A DNA stretch of 43,576 bases from Candidatus Bathyarchaeota archaeon (GTDB taxonomy: Archaea; Thermoproteota; Bathyarchaeia; Bathyarchaeales; Bathyarchaeaceae): the NCBI GenBank assembly GCA_030672415.1, contig DAOVGL010000024.1, forward strand, positions 1 through 43,576. Reading direction: 5' to 3'. A program made the translations under genes and the position numbers. Of this stretch, positions 35,133 through 43,494 are shown piece by piece. Each line of letters starts with the position of its first letter. Position 1 is the stretch's first letter. Below the pieces are notes generated by a model. The model was not told where the DNA came from. It saw nothing but the letters and a program-made list of their open reading frames with translations, and made no database searches.

Positions 35133-36109
35133 CAACGCTCATAGACAAAACTGACGCAAAACTGGCTGTTCTTTTATGTCATCATAACGCTGACCCAGAC
35201 GCTGTATGCGCAGCATTCGCATTCTCCAGGCTACTAAAACGTCTGCGACCCAAACTGAAAGTTACAATATCGGCGGCTCAAGGACCCAGCAGACTTTCCA
35301 AATCCTTGTTGAAATCGTTGCCCATAAAGCTGACAGCACAGCCACATATTGAAGAAGCAGATTTAATTGTGTTGCTGGACACAAACACTATTCAGCAGCT
35401 CGACGAGTGGAGCGGACAGGTCAAAGCATCAAACTCCCCAATCGTCGTGATTGATCATCACGCCAGTCACCCGGATACAGAACGCCTTGCAACAGTAAGT
35501 TTGACTGATGAAAAAGCAGCATCTACCTGCGAAATTGTACACCAGCTTTTTAGAGAGGCAAAAGTTAAGCCAACGAAAGTTGAAGCCAAAGCACTGTTCC
35601 TCGGGATAGCGTTTGACACTAGACACTTCATTATAGCTAGCTCCGCCACATTTAAGACCGTAGCCAACCTCATAGACGCAGGGTTGAACGCCGAAGAAAC
35701 CTTACCTCTGCTTTCTTTGCCAATAGATCTATCAGAGCGTATAGCACGACTTAAGGCGAGCAAACGAGTTAAGCTCAAGAAGATGAATGAGTGGCTGATC
35801 GCGTTATCTCATGTTAACGCTTATCAAGCATCAGCTGCGAGAGCCTTAATTAGGCTGGGGGCCCACATGGCGGTTGTTGTGGGTCAAAGAGGAGATAAGC
35901 TTCAAGTTAGCCTGAGAGCTTGTCGCGACTTCTACGAAAAAACTGGTATACACTTGGGTCGGGATGTAGCTAAACCACTTGGTGATTATCTTCACGGCAT
36001 GGGTGGTGGACACTCGACTTCAGCTGGAGCTAATGGAGTAGGAGACGTGAACCTCGCCCTTAAGTGCTGTGTGAAGATTTTAAGGGAGAAGTTCAAGAGA
36101 AATATTTGA
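35114..36109 (+). CDS. DHH-family phosphoesterase (NrnA/RecJ-like core)
   Basis: DHH motifs HHNADPDAVCAA, LLDTN, VIDHHASH and DHHA1 motif GGGHSTSAGA. The start could be ATG 35114 or GTG 35096. Confidence 0.8.
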   Translation: MQIDKITTLIDKTDAKLAVLLCHHNADPDAVCAAFAFSRLLKRLRPKLKVTISAAQGPSRLSKSLLKSLPIKLTAQPHIEEADLIVLLDTNTIQQLDEWSGQVKASNSPIVVIDHHASHPDTERLATVSLTDEKAASTCEIVHQLFREAKVKPTKVEAKALFLGIAFDTRHFIIASSATFKTVANLIDAGLNAEETLPLLSLPIDLSERIARLKASKRVKLKKMNEWLIALSHVNAYQASAARALIRLGAHMAVVVGQRGDKLQVSLRACRDFYEKTGIHLGRDVAKPLGDYLHGMGGGHSTSAGANGVGDVNLALKCCVKILREKFKRNI

Positions 36110-36118
36110 ACGAGTAAC

Positions 36119-36415
36119 CTATCCTTTCTTAAATCCATACATGAGTCCAACGAAAAAACTACCTAAAAAGGGTAGAGCAGATATGAAAGGTGCTAGTAAC
36201 CCCAGCACTGGATCGGCTAGGTTAGGCCATAATTTTATCAACTCATCATAGTTTACATTGATCACGTTCGTGTAAGCCAAATATACAAGGGAAAATACAA
36301 CAACTCCGATAATTATCGCAATCCTAGTAATCTTCTTAACCGTGTATCCGACGAAAAATCCGCCAATACCACCTACCCCTAATTGGTACGCAATAGGGAT
36401 TAAAACCTCACTCAT
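36119..36415 (-). CDS. FUN14-family small membrane protein
   Basis: 98 aa. GVGGIGGFFVGYTVKK and three hydrophobic helices, typical of FUN14. Confidence 0.65.
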   Translation of the reverse strand: MSEVLIPIAYQLGVGGIGGFFVGYTVKKITRIAIIIGVVVFSLVYLAYTNVINVNYDELIKLWPNLADPVLGLLAPFISALPFLGSFFVGLMYGFKKG

Positions 36416-36423
36416 TTTTTATT

Positions 36424-36597
36424 TCACTTCGCCAGTTCAACTCCACATTCTGGACAAGCAGGTTTTTTGAAGACCAAACCAACCTTTGGGCAACAGTCCT
36501 TGCAAAATATTTTTTGGCACCTAGTGCACTTCCATGCTGTGGGTTTTAAAAACCCTCCAATTTCCCTTCCACATGTTGAGCAGAATCCCCTAACCAT
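36424..36597 (-). CDS. unannotated 57-aa Cys-rich zinc-ribbon miniprotein
   Basis: Below the track's cut-off. Sequence MVRGFCSTCGREIGGFLKPTAWKCTRCQKIFCKDCCPKVGLVFKKPACPECGVELAK*, with Cys pattern CxxC-14-CxxC-4-CxxCC-11-CxxC. It ends 8 nt upstream of the FUN14 ATG. Confidence 0.5.
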   Translation of the reverse strand: MVRGFCSTCGREIGGFLKPTAWKCTRCQKIFCKDCCPKVGLVFKKPACPECGVELAK

Positions 36598-36828
36598 GCT
36601 GTATCACTACTAAAATGTTTTCGATTAGTCTTTAAGAATTGCGCTTTTGATTTGGAAGTTTTTTATGAACATTTAACGAGTTCTGGAACTTTTCTGTGAT
36701 AGAGCTATGTATAGATTATCAATGAACATGTCAATTTTAACCGTGGAAGTGGTTGATCTTGACCAGTAACCTTTTCATTTTAGACGCGGTTCAGCCGGGT
36801 CTCGCCAGCCAACTGGATACTTCTTTTT

Positions 36829-36840
36829 GAGTAGCTACTC
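36829..36840. promoter_or_regulatory. 12-bp perfect palindrome gagtagctactc about 45 nt upstream of ecfA1
   Basis: Read directly. It is flanked by a T5 tract and a weak TATA-like cttttatg. Candidate operator. Confidence 0.25.
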
Positions 36841-36885
36841 TTTTATGGGAGAAATCTGTGCCACTATATGAAGCGGGACTAGAAG

Positions 36886-37734
36886 TTGGCAGTCATCGAA
36901 ACAAAAGGTTTAACGTATACATATCCTAGTGGAACAAAACGGGCTCTTGAAGACGTGTCCATAACCATTGAAAGAGGAGAGTTTGTGGTTCTCACCGGCC
37001 CAAGCGGTTGTGGAAAGACGACTCTTTGCCGATGCTTCAACGGTTTAGTTCCTCACTTTTACGGCGGAAAACTTGAGGGTAATGTCTTAGTTACAGGTCT
37101 CAATGTGCACGAACACTCAATTTACGAACTCGCTCGACATGTTGGGCTTGTTTTTCAAAACCCAGAAAATCAGCTTTTCGCGTTGTCTGTGGAGAAGGAC
37201 GTGGCTTTTGGGCTTGAAAATTTAGGAGTACCAAGGGATGAAATGAAAAAGCGAGTGGACTGGGCTCTCCAAACAACCGACATAGAAGACCTTCGTGAAA
37301 GAGCACCTCACGAGCTTTCAGGTGGACAGCAACAACGAGTTGCCATTGCATCTGTACTTGCAATGCAGCCGAACGTGATGGTGCTTGATGAGCCTACTTC
37401 CTTCCTTGATCCTTTAGGTGCCCAAAGAATTTTTGAAGTGATTAATGAGTTGAATAAGAACTTGGGCATAACGGTTGTTCTGGTTGAACATAGACTGGAC
37501 TTGGCTGCGAGATACGCTGATCACGTTATCATTATGGACGAAGGAAGAGTGATGCTGGATGGCAAGCCTCGAGAGATTTTTGGGTTGGAGAAAACCAGAC
37601 TGATGGGCATCGGCATCCCCAAATCAACTAGGCTTTATCAAGTTCTTGAAAAAAGCGGAGTGCATCTAAGCAAGGTTCCAATCACCTCGGAGGAAGCAAC
37701 CCAAATTCTTAAGGAAGTTTTGAATCGTGATTGA
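36886..37734 (+). CDS. ecfA1: ECF transporter ATPase component EcfA1 (CbiO family)
   Basis: Walker A GPSGCGKTT, signature LSGGQQQRVAIA, Walker B VLDEPTS. TTG start. Confidence 0.9.
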   Translation: MAVIETKGLTYTYPSGTKRALEDVSITIERGEFVVLTGPSGCGKTTLCRCFNGLVPHFYGGKLEGNVLVTGLNVHEHSIYELARHVGLVFQNPENQLFALSVEKDVAFGLENLGVPRDEMKKRVDWALQTTDIEDLRERAPHELSGGQQQRVAIASVLAMQPNVMVLDEPTSFLDPLGAQRIFEVINELNKNLGITVVLVEHRLDLAARYADHVIIMDEGRVMLDGKPREIFGLEKTRLMGIGIPKSTRLYQVLEKSGVHLSKVPITSEEATQILKEVLNRD

Positions 37735-38548
37735 AGTTAAAGACGTTTCCTTCACCTATCCAAATGACGTTGAAGCCTTACATGGAGTCTCTCTCAAAAT
37801 TCAGGACGGCGAATTCGTTGCCATAATGGGTCAGAACGGCGCGGGCAAAACAACGCTGGTGAAGCACTTTAATGGGTTGCTGAAGCCGACAAAAGGAGAG
37901 GTTGTGGTTGACGGAGTTAACACCACAAAGGCGAGTGTGGCTACTCTTTCCCGAAAGGTTGGGTTTGTGTTCCAAAATCCTGATCATCAACTCTTCTGTG
38001 AAACGGTTAAAGACGAGATTGCTTTCGCTCTTAAAAACTTCGGCTTCAAGGAAAACACAATCAAGAAACGGGTGACTTGGGCCCTTAACCTTTTAGACTT
38101 AAAAAAGTACCGCAAAACCTCGCCTTTTATGCTCAGTGGTGGAGAGAGAAAACGGGTTGCTTTGGCATCCGTTCTCGCTTGGAACCCAAAGGTGATTATT
38201 CTAGATGAACCAACGATTGGTCAAGACCAGAAACAAAAGGATAGGTTGCGACAGTTCATCAATCAGTTGATTACTCAAGGAAAAACCGTGGTCATAGTTA
38301 CGCATGACGTTGAATTCGTGGCGGAATGTAACCCCAAGATTGTGTTGATGGCTAACGGAAAGATTTTGGCTGAGGGCAGTGCCAAACAGATACTTACCAA
38401 CCGTTATCTTCTCACTCAAGCTTCTATTGTGCTTCCGCAGATCGCTCAAATTTTCACGGGGCTAGCTGATTTGGGGTTGCCCATCGACGTGATTAATGTC
38501 CACGAGGCGAAAAAGGTTCTGCTTGATTTCATGGAGGTTAATTCGTGA
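37727..38548 (+). CDS. ecfA2: ECF transporter ATPase component EcfA2
   Basis: Walker A GQNGAGKTT, signature LSGGERKRVALA, Walker B ILDEPTIGQD. 8-nt overlap with ecfA1. Confidence 0.9.
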   Translation: MIEVKDVSFTYPNDVEALHGVSLKIQDGEFVAIMGQNGAGKTTLVKHFNGLLKPTKGEVVVDGVNTTKASVATLSRKVGFVFQNPDHQLFCETVKDEIAFALKNFGFKENTIKKRVTWALNLLDLKKYRKTSPFMLSGGERKRVALASVLAWNPKVIILDEPTIGQDQKQKDRLRQFINQLITQGKTVVIVTHDVEFVAECNPKIVLMANGKILAEGSAKQILTNRYLLTQASIVLPQIAQIFTGLADLGLPIDVINVHEAKKVLLDFMEVNS

Positions 38549-39351
38549 GCGTTTTTGAAGGCTTAAGATTTAGAAGAGTTTCATCACCTATCCACCGATT
38601 GGATCCGAGAGTAAAATTCTTCTACGTCTGTGTGTTGTTTGTGATAACAATTATGTTTGGGGGGACTATCAATAATCCTGAGTTATTACCTCTCATCGTA
38701 TTATTTTTTATTCAGATACCGTTCGTGTTGGCGGCAGGTGTTAAACGAGAATGGGCTCGATCTATGAGGGGAGCAGCATTCCTAGTAGCCTTCATTTTTG
38801 CGTTCAACTTTATCTTCCGGTACATATATGGTAACTACGAATCCTTTGCGCTTCTTTTAGAATATTCTTTCGCCATGGCACTCCGCTTCCTTGTGTTGGT
38901 GGAATCCTTCTCCATATTCTTCCTCACCACATCGCCAGACCATCTAGGTTTAGCGTTAGAGCAAACTCACGTGCCATACGAGTTTTGCTTCGCCTTCACT
39001 ACCGCCGTTCGATTTGTTCCCGTTTTAGCTGAAGAGGCACAGACAATTATGGATGCCCAAAAAGCCAGAGGACTGGAGCTAGAGCGTGGAAACTTCATAA
39101 AAAGAATAAAAAATTATATTCCCCTTCTCATTCCGCTCATCGTGAACGCCATCCGCAGAAGCCTTGAGCTCGCAGAAGCAATGGAGTCTCGAGCCTGGGG
39201 CGCCACCGAAAAGCGCACAAACCTTTATGTTCTCACGCTGAAGAACTCTGACTACATTTTAGTCGTCCTCTCAGTTCTTATGTTAATCCTTGCTGTGTAT
39301 GTACGCCTCCTCCCTCCAATTCCACCGCTAACAGTGCTCCTGCATATCTAG
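38545..39351 (+). CDS. ecfT: ECF transporter transmembrane component EcfT (CbiQ family)
   Basis: 268 aa polytopic protein with coupling-helix Ala-Arg-Gly motif (MDAQKARGLEL) and a second AxxxR helix (RRSLELAEAMESRAW). 4-nt overlap with ecfA2. Confidence 0.85.
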   Translation: MSVFEGLRFRRVSSPIHRLDPRVKFFYVCVLFVITIMFGGTINNPELLPLIVLFFIQIPFVLAAGVKREWARSMRGAAFLVAFIFAFNFIFRYIYGNYESFALLLEYSFAMALRFLVLVESFSIFFLTTSPDHLGLALEQTHVPYEFCFAFTTAVRFVPVLAEEAQTIMDAQKARGLELERGNFIKRIKNYIPLLIPLIVNAIRRSLELAEAMESRAWGATEKRTNLYVLTLKNSDYILVVLSVLMLILAVYVRLLPPIPPLTVLLHI

Positions 39352-39420
39352 CCATCTAGCAAATAGCCTACGATAAGCACTTACGTTTGCGCGCGCATTT
39401 CATTATGATGAAACAATGTT

Positions 39421-39430
39421 TTTATATAAA
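39421..39430 (+). promoter_or_regulatory. TATA box (tttatataaa) about 70 nt upstream of ATG 39502
   Basis: Read directly. It lies only 15 nt before the track's TTG 39445, which argues for the downstream ATG preceded by GGAGGG. Confidence 0.4.
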
Positions 39431-39501
39431 AATGAGCCTAATTATTGAAAAGCAGTCTACATAAGAGGTTGAGAACAAAAGTCTTGTTTTGGAGGGAAAG
39501 G

Positions 39502-40755
39502 ATGTCTAGTGAAAATAGCGCCAAAGAAATGGTTCTTAAATATAGCTCGCCGCCGAAAGAAATCCCATTCTCTGTAAACGAGTATCGAGAGCGGTTAAAT
39601 CGGGTCCGCAAGCTCATGGCCCAAGAGAAAATCGATCTTCTCTTTCTATCAGCACCAGCGAGTCTCTTTTACATAAGCGGATATCAGGCGGAATGGTATC
39701 AATCCCAAAGCCCCAAGATATGGCCGCCCGCCAGCGGAATTGCTATTCATGTGGATCATGACAACTTCATAGACTTTGATACGGAAGAGGAAGAAATCCT
39801 AGCTCGGTACACGAGCATATCTAGCGATACTCGGATATATCGAGAGACGGCTGAAACGACCGGAATGCTTTCTTGGATAGTACAAGAACTGAAGAAAGAA
39901 GAATGGCTTCCCGGAACTGCCGGGCTTGAAATGTGGAGCTACCGGCCAAATCGAGCGGTTAGTGAAATGTTCCAGTCAGCCTTGGAAAAGGAAGGCTGTA
40001 GGGTTATTGACGGAACGGATATTGTAAGGGAGGTCCGTGCCATCAAATCTCCTCAAGAAATCGCTTATGTAGAAAAAGCGGCAAAAATCGCCGAAGTTGG
40101 CCATAAGGCAGCAATAGAAACAATGAGACCAGGAATGACGGAACTTGATGTTTATGGAGAAATCGTTAATGCTATGGCAAAGGCAGGCGGCGAGAACCCT
40201 GCGATACCTGTTCTCGTTACATCCGGGCCTAAGTGTGCCTGTTTGCACGCGCTAGCAAGCCGAAAGAAGATTGAGAAAGGGGAGATTGTCAATATTGATG
40301 TCTGCGGAGTTTTTAACCGATACCACGCCAATATGGCGCGAACCTATTCGATGGGGAAACCAAATCCCGACGTAGCGAGGGTCGTTGAATTATCAGCAGG
40401 AGCTTTCGATGTAATAGCCGAATTGATCAGACCAAATCTACCCGTCGGCGAATTCAATGAAAGGATGAAGGCATATTATCAAGAGACAGATATATTGCGA
40501 GACGCATGGTGGTTCGGCGGTTACGAACTTGGAATAGCTTTCCCTCCTGACTGGGTCGGTGAGTTCGTTTATGATGTTAATATTGATGCTGGAGATCAGC
40601 TATTTGTCCCGGGAACGGTTGTCAATTACGAGAGCAATTTCTATCTTCCGCATAAAGCGGGGGCATCATATCAGATCAACACCTTGATCTTTACCGAAGA
40701 AAGGGCAAGAATTCTAGGTGAAATTCCGAATGACATAATTGTAATTGAAAGATGA
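39502..40755 (+). CDS. M24-fold (creatinase/Xaa-Pro peptidase family) hydrolase with non-canonical metal-ligand positions
   Basis: Creatinase_N-like N-domain plus pita-bread C-domain (VNIDVCGVFNRYHANMARTY, PGTVVNYESNFY, LIFTEE). GGAGGG Shine-Dalgarno lies upstream of ATG 39502. Confidence 0.75.
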   Translation: MSSENSAKEMVLKYSSPPKEIPFSVNEYRERLNRVRKLMAQEKIDLLFLSAPASLFYISGYQAEWYQSQSPKIWPPASGIAIHVDHDNFIDFDTEEEEILARYTSISSDTRIYRETAETTGMLSWIVQELKKEEWLPGTAGLEMWSYRPNRAVSEMFQSALEKEGCRVIDGTDIVREVRAIKSPQEIAYVEKAAKIAEVGHKAAIETMRPGMTELDVYGEIVNAMAKAGGENPAIPVLVTSGPKCACLHALASRKKIEKGEIVNIDVCGVFNRYHANMARTYSMGKPNPDVARVVELSAGAFDVIAELIRPNLPVGEFNERMKAYYQETDILRDAWWFGGYELGIAFPPDWVGEFVYDVNIDAGDQLFVPGTVVNYESNFYLPHKAGASYQINTLIFTEERARILGEIPNDIIVIER

Positions 40756-40774
40756 TGTTAATATTGTTCCATGT

Positions 40775-43228
40775 TTAATACTTGGCGACAAAACGAACGT
40801 TTGGGTATTCTTGCACTTCCTTGCCTTCACCCTTTTCCGGCAATATTTCGATCTTCTCCGCTTTACAGGTTCCTTCAATGTCCTCCATTGCCTGATTCAA
40901 AGTGTGCGCATCCTTTTTGTTTCCCATGTAGACCATCAGTTTCTTGACAGGCGCGTTTAACGGCATCCTTCTCTCCGCCTTTTCCCTCCGAACCGCACCT
41001 ATCACCGCCATGATCATGTCACCCTGCTTCTCCACCTCATCATCAATTTTCTCCTCTTCCACAGTGGGCCAGTTGGAAACGTGAATGCTCTTGTGTTTCT
41101 TATCCGTTGCGTACATAACTTGATATATTTCTTCGGTTATGTGCGGGGAAACTGGTGCGAGAAGCTGTAGGATTCGGTAAATGGCAGTATAAAGAGTGTA
41201 TTGAGCAGCAACTTTTTTTCCTTCTCCATACTTGTCGGGTCTGTACAGCCGATGCTTTATAGCTTCAATGTAATGATCGCAAAATATGTGCCACGTAAAG
41301 TTTCGAGCTTCATCAGTTGCTATGTTAAATTGACAGTTTTCAAAAGCTTCAGTTGCCGTTTTAGTAACCCTTTCCAGTTTGCTGAGTAACCATCTGTCTA
41401 AAAGTTCCAACTCCACCTTTTCCTGTGGCACGTAATCTTGTAGATGTTGACTGGCGAAACGAGCAACGTTCCACAACTTGACAAGGAATCTCCATCCATA
41501 TTCTACATCTGGCTTGCGAAAAGGTATGTCCGAGCCGGTTGCTCCTCCACTCGCTGCCCATTGTCGTGTGGCGTCGGCTCCATATTTACTGAAGACGTCA
41601 GGGGTGGCTACGTAGTTGCCTAGCGATTTGCTCATCTTTCTACCATCATTTCCAAGAACCATGCCGTTGATCAAACAGCTCTTGTAAGGTTTCTCATTAA
41701 ACAGTGCAAGGTGTCGAACCATGAGGTAATATGCCCAGGTGCGGATGATGTCGGCTCCTGAAGGATGTACACTGGCTGGAAAAAGCCTGTGCCAATCTTT
41801 TCGATCCGGCCAGCCAGCGTGAACTGCACAGGTGATGGAGGAGTCAAACCATGTGTCCATCACGTCTTTTTCAGGAGTAAAACTGGTGGAGCCGCATTTT
41901 GGACACTTGTCAATCTTGGGCTTCTCTATTCTAGGATCTATAGGAACCCAGTTGGGCTCTGCAAGAATAGTTTCCTCACATTTTGTGCAGTACCAGATGG
42001 GGATGGGGGTGGCGAAGACTCTTTGTCTGGAGATCACCCAGTCCCAGTCAAGTGATTTTGCCCAGTCGATTAGGCGCGTCTTCATGTAGTCTGGATACCA
42101 CGTGATTTCTAGGGCGTTTTTCTCAACTTCGTTGGTTAGTGCTCTGTTTTTCATGAACCATTGTTTTCGTTCAAGGATTTCAACTGGGGTTTTACATCTC
42201 CAGCAAACTCCGACTTCTTGTTGGATGCTCTCAGTTTTTTCTAATAGGTCTTCTTTTTCTAGGTCCTTTGCCACAGCTTTCTTGGCTTCTTTAACGGTTA
42301 GTCCAGCGTATTTTCCGGCGGTTTCGTTCATTTTGCCTGTTTCAGTAATGCACATGATAGCGGGTAGATGGTGTTTTGCGACGCATTTTACGTCTGCCTT
42401 GTCGCCGTAGGTGCATATCATCACGACGCCAGTTCCGAAGGCGGGGTCCACCATGTCCTCTGGAATGATCTTCACCTTTCTTTGGGTAAGGGGTACAGTG
42501 ATTTCTTTTCCAATGTATTGTTGATATCGTTCATCGTTGGGATGCACAGCCACGGTTACGCATGCGGGTAAGAGTTCTGGACGGGTGGTGGCTATGGCTA
42601 AGGATTTTTTGTCTGCCAACTTGAATTGGATGTAGTGCAAGGTTCCCTCCCTTGTTTCGTGCTCCACCTCCGCGTCAGCTATGGCTGTTTCGCAGCGGGG
42701 GCACCAGTTGATGGGGTGGGTTCCTTGGTAGATGAATCCTTTCTTGTAGAGGAGGATGAAGGAAAGTTGGGTTTTTCTCCAGTAGTCTGGATCCATGGTT
42801 TTGTATTCGGTTGTCCAGTCGATGGAGCATCCGAGGCGGATGATGGCTTTTTTCATTATGGCAATGTATTTGTTGACGAGGCTTTCACATAGCTTTCTGA
42901 ACTCGTCTGGCGGAACTTCTGTCTTTTTGATGTTGTATTGAGACTCGGTTTCTACTTCTGTGGGAAGACCGTGGCAGTCCCATCCCTGCGGGAAATAAAC
43001 GTTGTATCCTTTCATGCGTTTGAATCTAGCTACGATGTCGAAATAGGACCAGTTAAGGACGTTTCCCATGTGGAAGTCACCTGAAGGATAAGGTGGCGGT
43101 GTGTCGATGCTGTAGGCAGGGCTTTCAGTGTCTTTCCAGTTGAAGCGATAAATGCCCATTTCTTCCCATAGTTTTTGCCACTTCTCCTCGATCTGGAGGA
43201 TATCGCATTTTTTGGGAATTGTTATCAT
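40775..43228 (-). CDS. valS: valine--tRNA ligase
   Basis: 817 aa. IDTPPPYPSGDFHMGN (HIGH region), FPQGWDCHGLPTE, editing domain, KMSKSLGN. The overall pattern is archaeal ValRS. Confidence 0.9.
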   Translation of the reverse strand: MITIPKKCDILQIEEKWQKLWEEMGIYRFNWKDTESPAYSIDTPPPYPSGDFHMGNVLNWSYFDIVARFKRMKGYNVYFPQGWDCHGLPTEVETESQYNIKKTEVPPDEFRKLCESLVNKYIAIMKKAIIRLGCSIDWTTEYKTMDPDYWRKTQLSFILLYKKGFIYQGTHPINWCPRCETAIADAEVEHETREGTLHYIQFKLADKKSLAIATTRPELLPACVTVAVHPNDERYQQYIGKEITVPLTQRKVKIIPEDMVDPAFGTGVVMICTYGDKADVKCVAKHHLPAIMCITETGKMNETAGKYAGLTVKEAKKAVAKDLEKEDLLEKTESIQQEVGVCWRCKTPVEILERKQWFMKNRALTNEVEKNALEITWYPDYMKTRLIDWAKSLDWDWVISRQRVFATPIPIWYCTKCEETILAEPNWVPIDPRIEKPKIDKCPKCGSTSFTPEKDVMDTWFDSSITCAVHAGWPDRKDWHRLFPASVHPSGADIIRTWAYYLMVRHLALFNEKPYKSCLINGMVLGNDGRKMSKSLGNYVATPDVFSKYGADATRQWAASGGATGSDIPFRKPDVEYGWRFLVKLWNVARFASQHLQDYVPQEKVELELLDRWLLSKLERVTKTATEAFENCQFNIATDEARNFTWHIFCDHYIEAIKHRLYRPDKYGEGKKVAAQYTLYTAIYRILQLLAPVSPHITEEIYQVMYATDKKHKSIHVSNWPTVEEEKIDDEVEKQGDMIMAVIGAVRREKAERRMPLNAPVKKLMVYMGNKKDAHTLNQAMEDIEGTCKAEKIEILPEKGEGKEVQEYPNVRFVAKY

Positions 43229-43451
43229 AGGGTGAATCAGCTCTCAGCTAAAGATATGGTTATGAATAGGAAATAACCAAATAAATAATAATTATCCTTA
43301 ACCATGGCAATAAGGCTAATTCCTCTTTAATATCTTTAAGGAGCAAAGTTGGTACGGTAGACCAGATTTGAATCTTATGGGTCTTTATGGGAAAGAATCT
43401 TGAGTATACCCACATGCCAGGGTGAAAAAGCTAAACTCGTTTTGTAGCAAT

Positions 43452-43462
43452 AAAATTATATA
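43452..43462 (+). promoter_or_regulatory. TATA-like box (aaaattatata) about 30-35 nt upstream of the riboswitch aptamer
   Basis: Read directly. The spacing is compatible with a TSS just before the aptamer P1. Confidence 0.35.
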
Positions 43463-43494
43463 CCATAAAGCTCCTTTAATTGGTTCAATTAGGA

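Noticed and set aside
30044-35778. Minus-strand ORFs within the superoperon: 30044-30256, 30388-30672, 31197-31379, 31395-31679, 31666-31866, 32065-32256, 32471-32855, 33517-33816, 33563-33772, 34772-34954 and 35429-35778.
   Set aside because: All are antisense to a continuous, overlapping string of well-identified + strand genes.
36790-36870. Cobalamin riboswitch upstream of the CbiO/CbiQ-type ECF genes. GCCACTA resembles the GCCACUG core, and GGCGAGACCCGGC on the minus strand resembles the B12 box.
   Set aside because: The two elements are in the wrong order and on different strands. Both carry mismatches in invariant positions, and no supporting helices can be drawn.
37100-42892. ORFs opposite ecfA1/ecfA2, the M24 hydrolase and valS: 37100-37363, 37778-37990, 38201-38449, 39976-40248, 40745-40960, 41201-41389, 41361-41561, and several + strand ORFs within 41765-42892.
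   Set aside because: Antisense or out-of-frame shadows of genes with clear Walker/signature or aaRS motifs.
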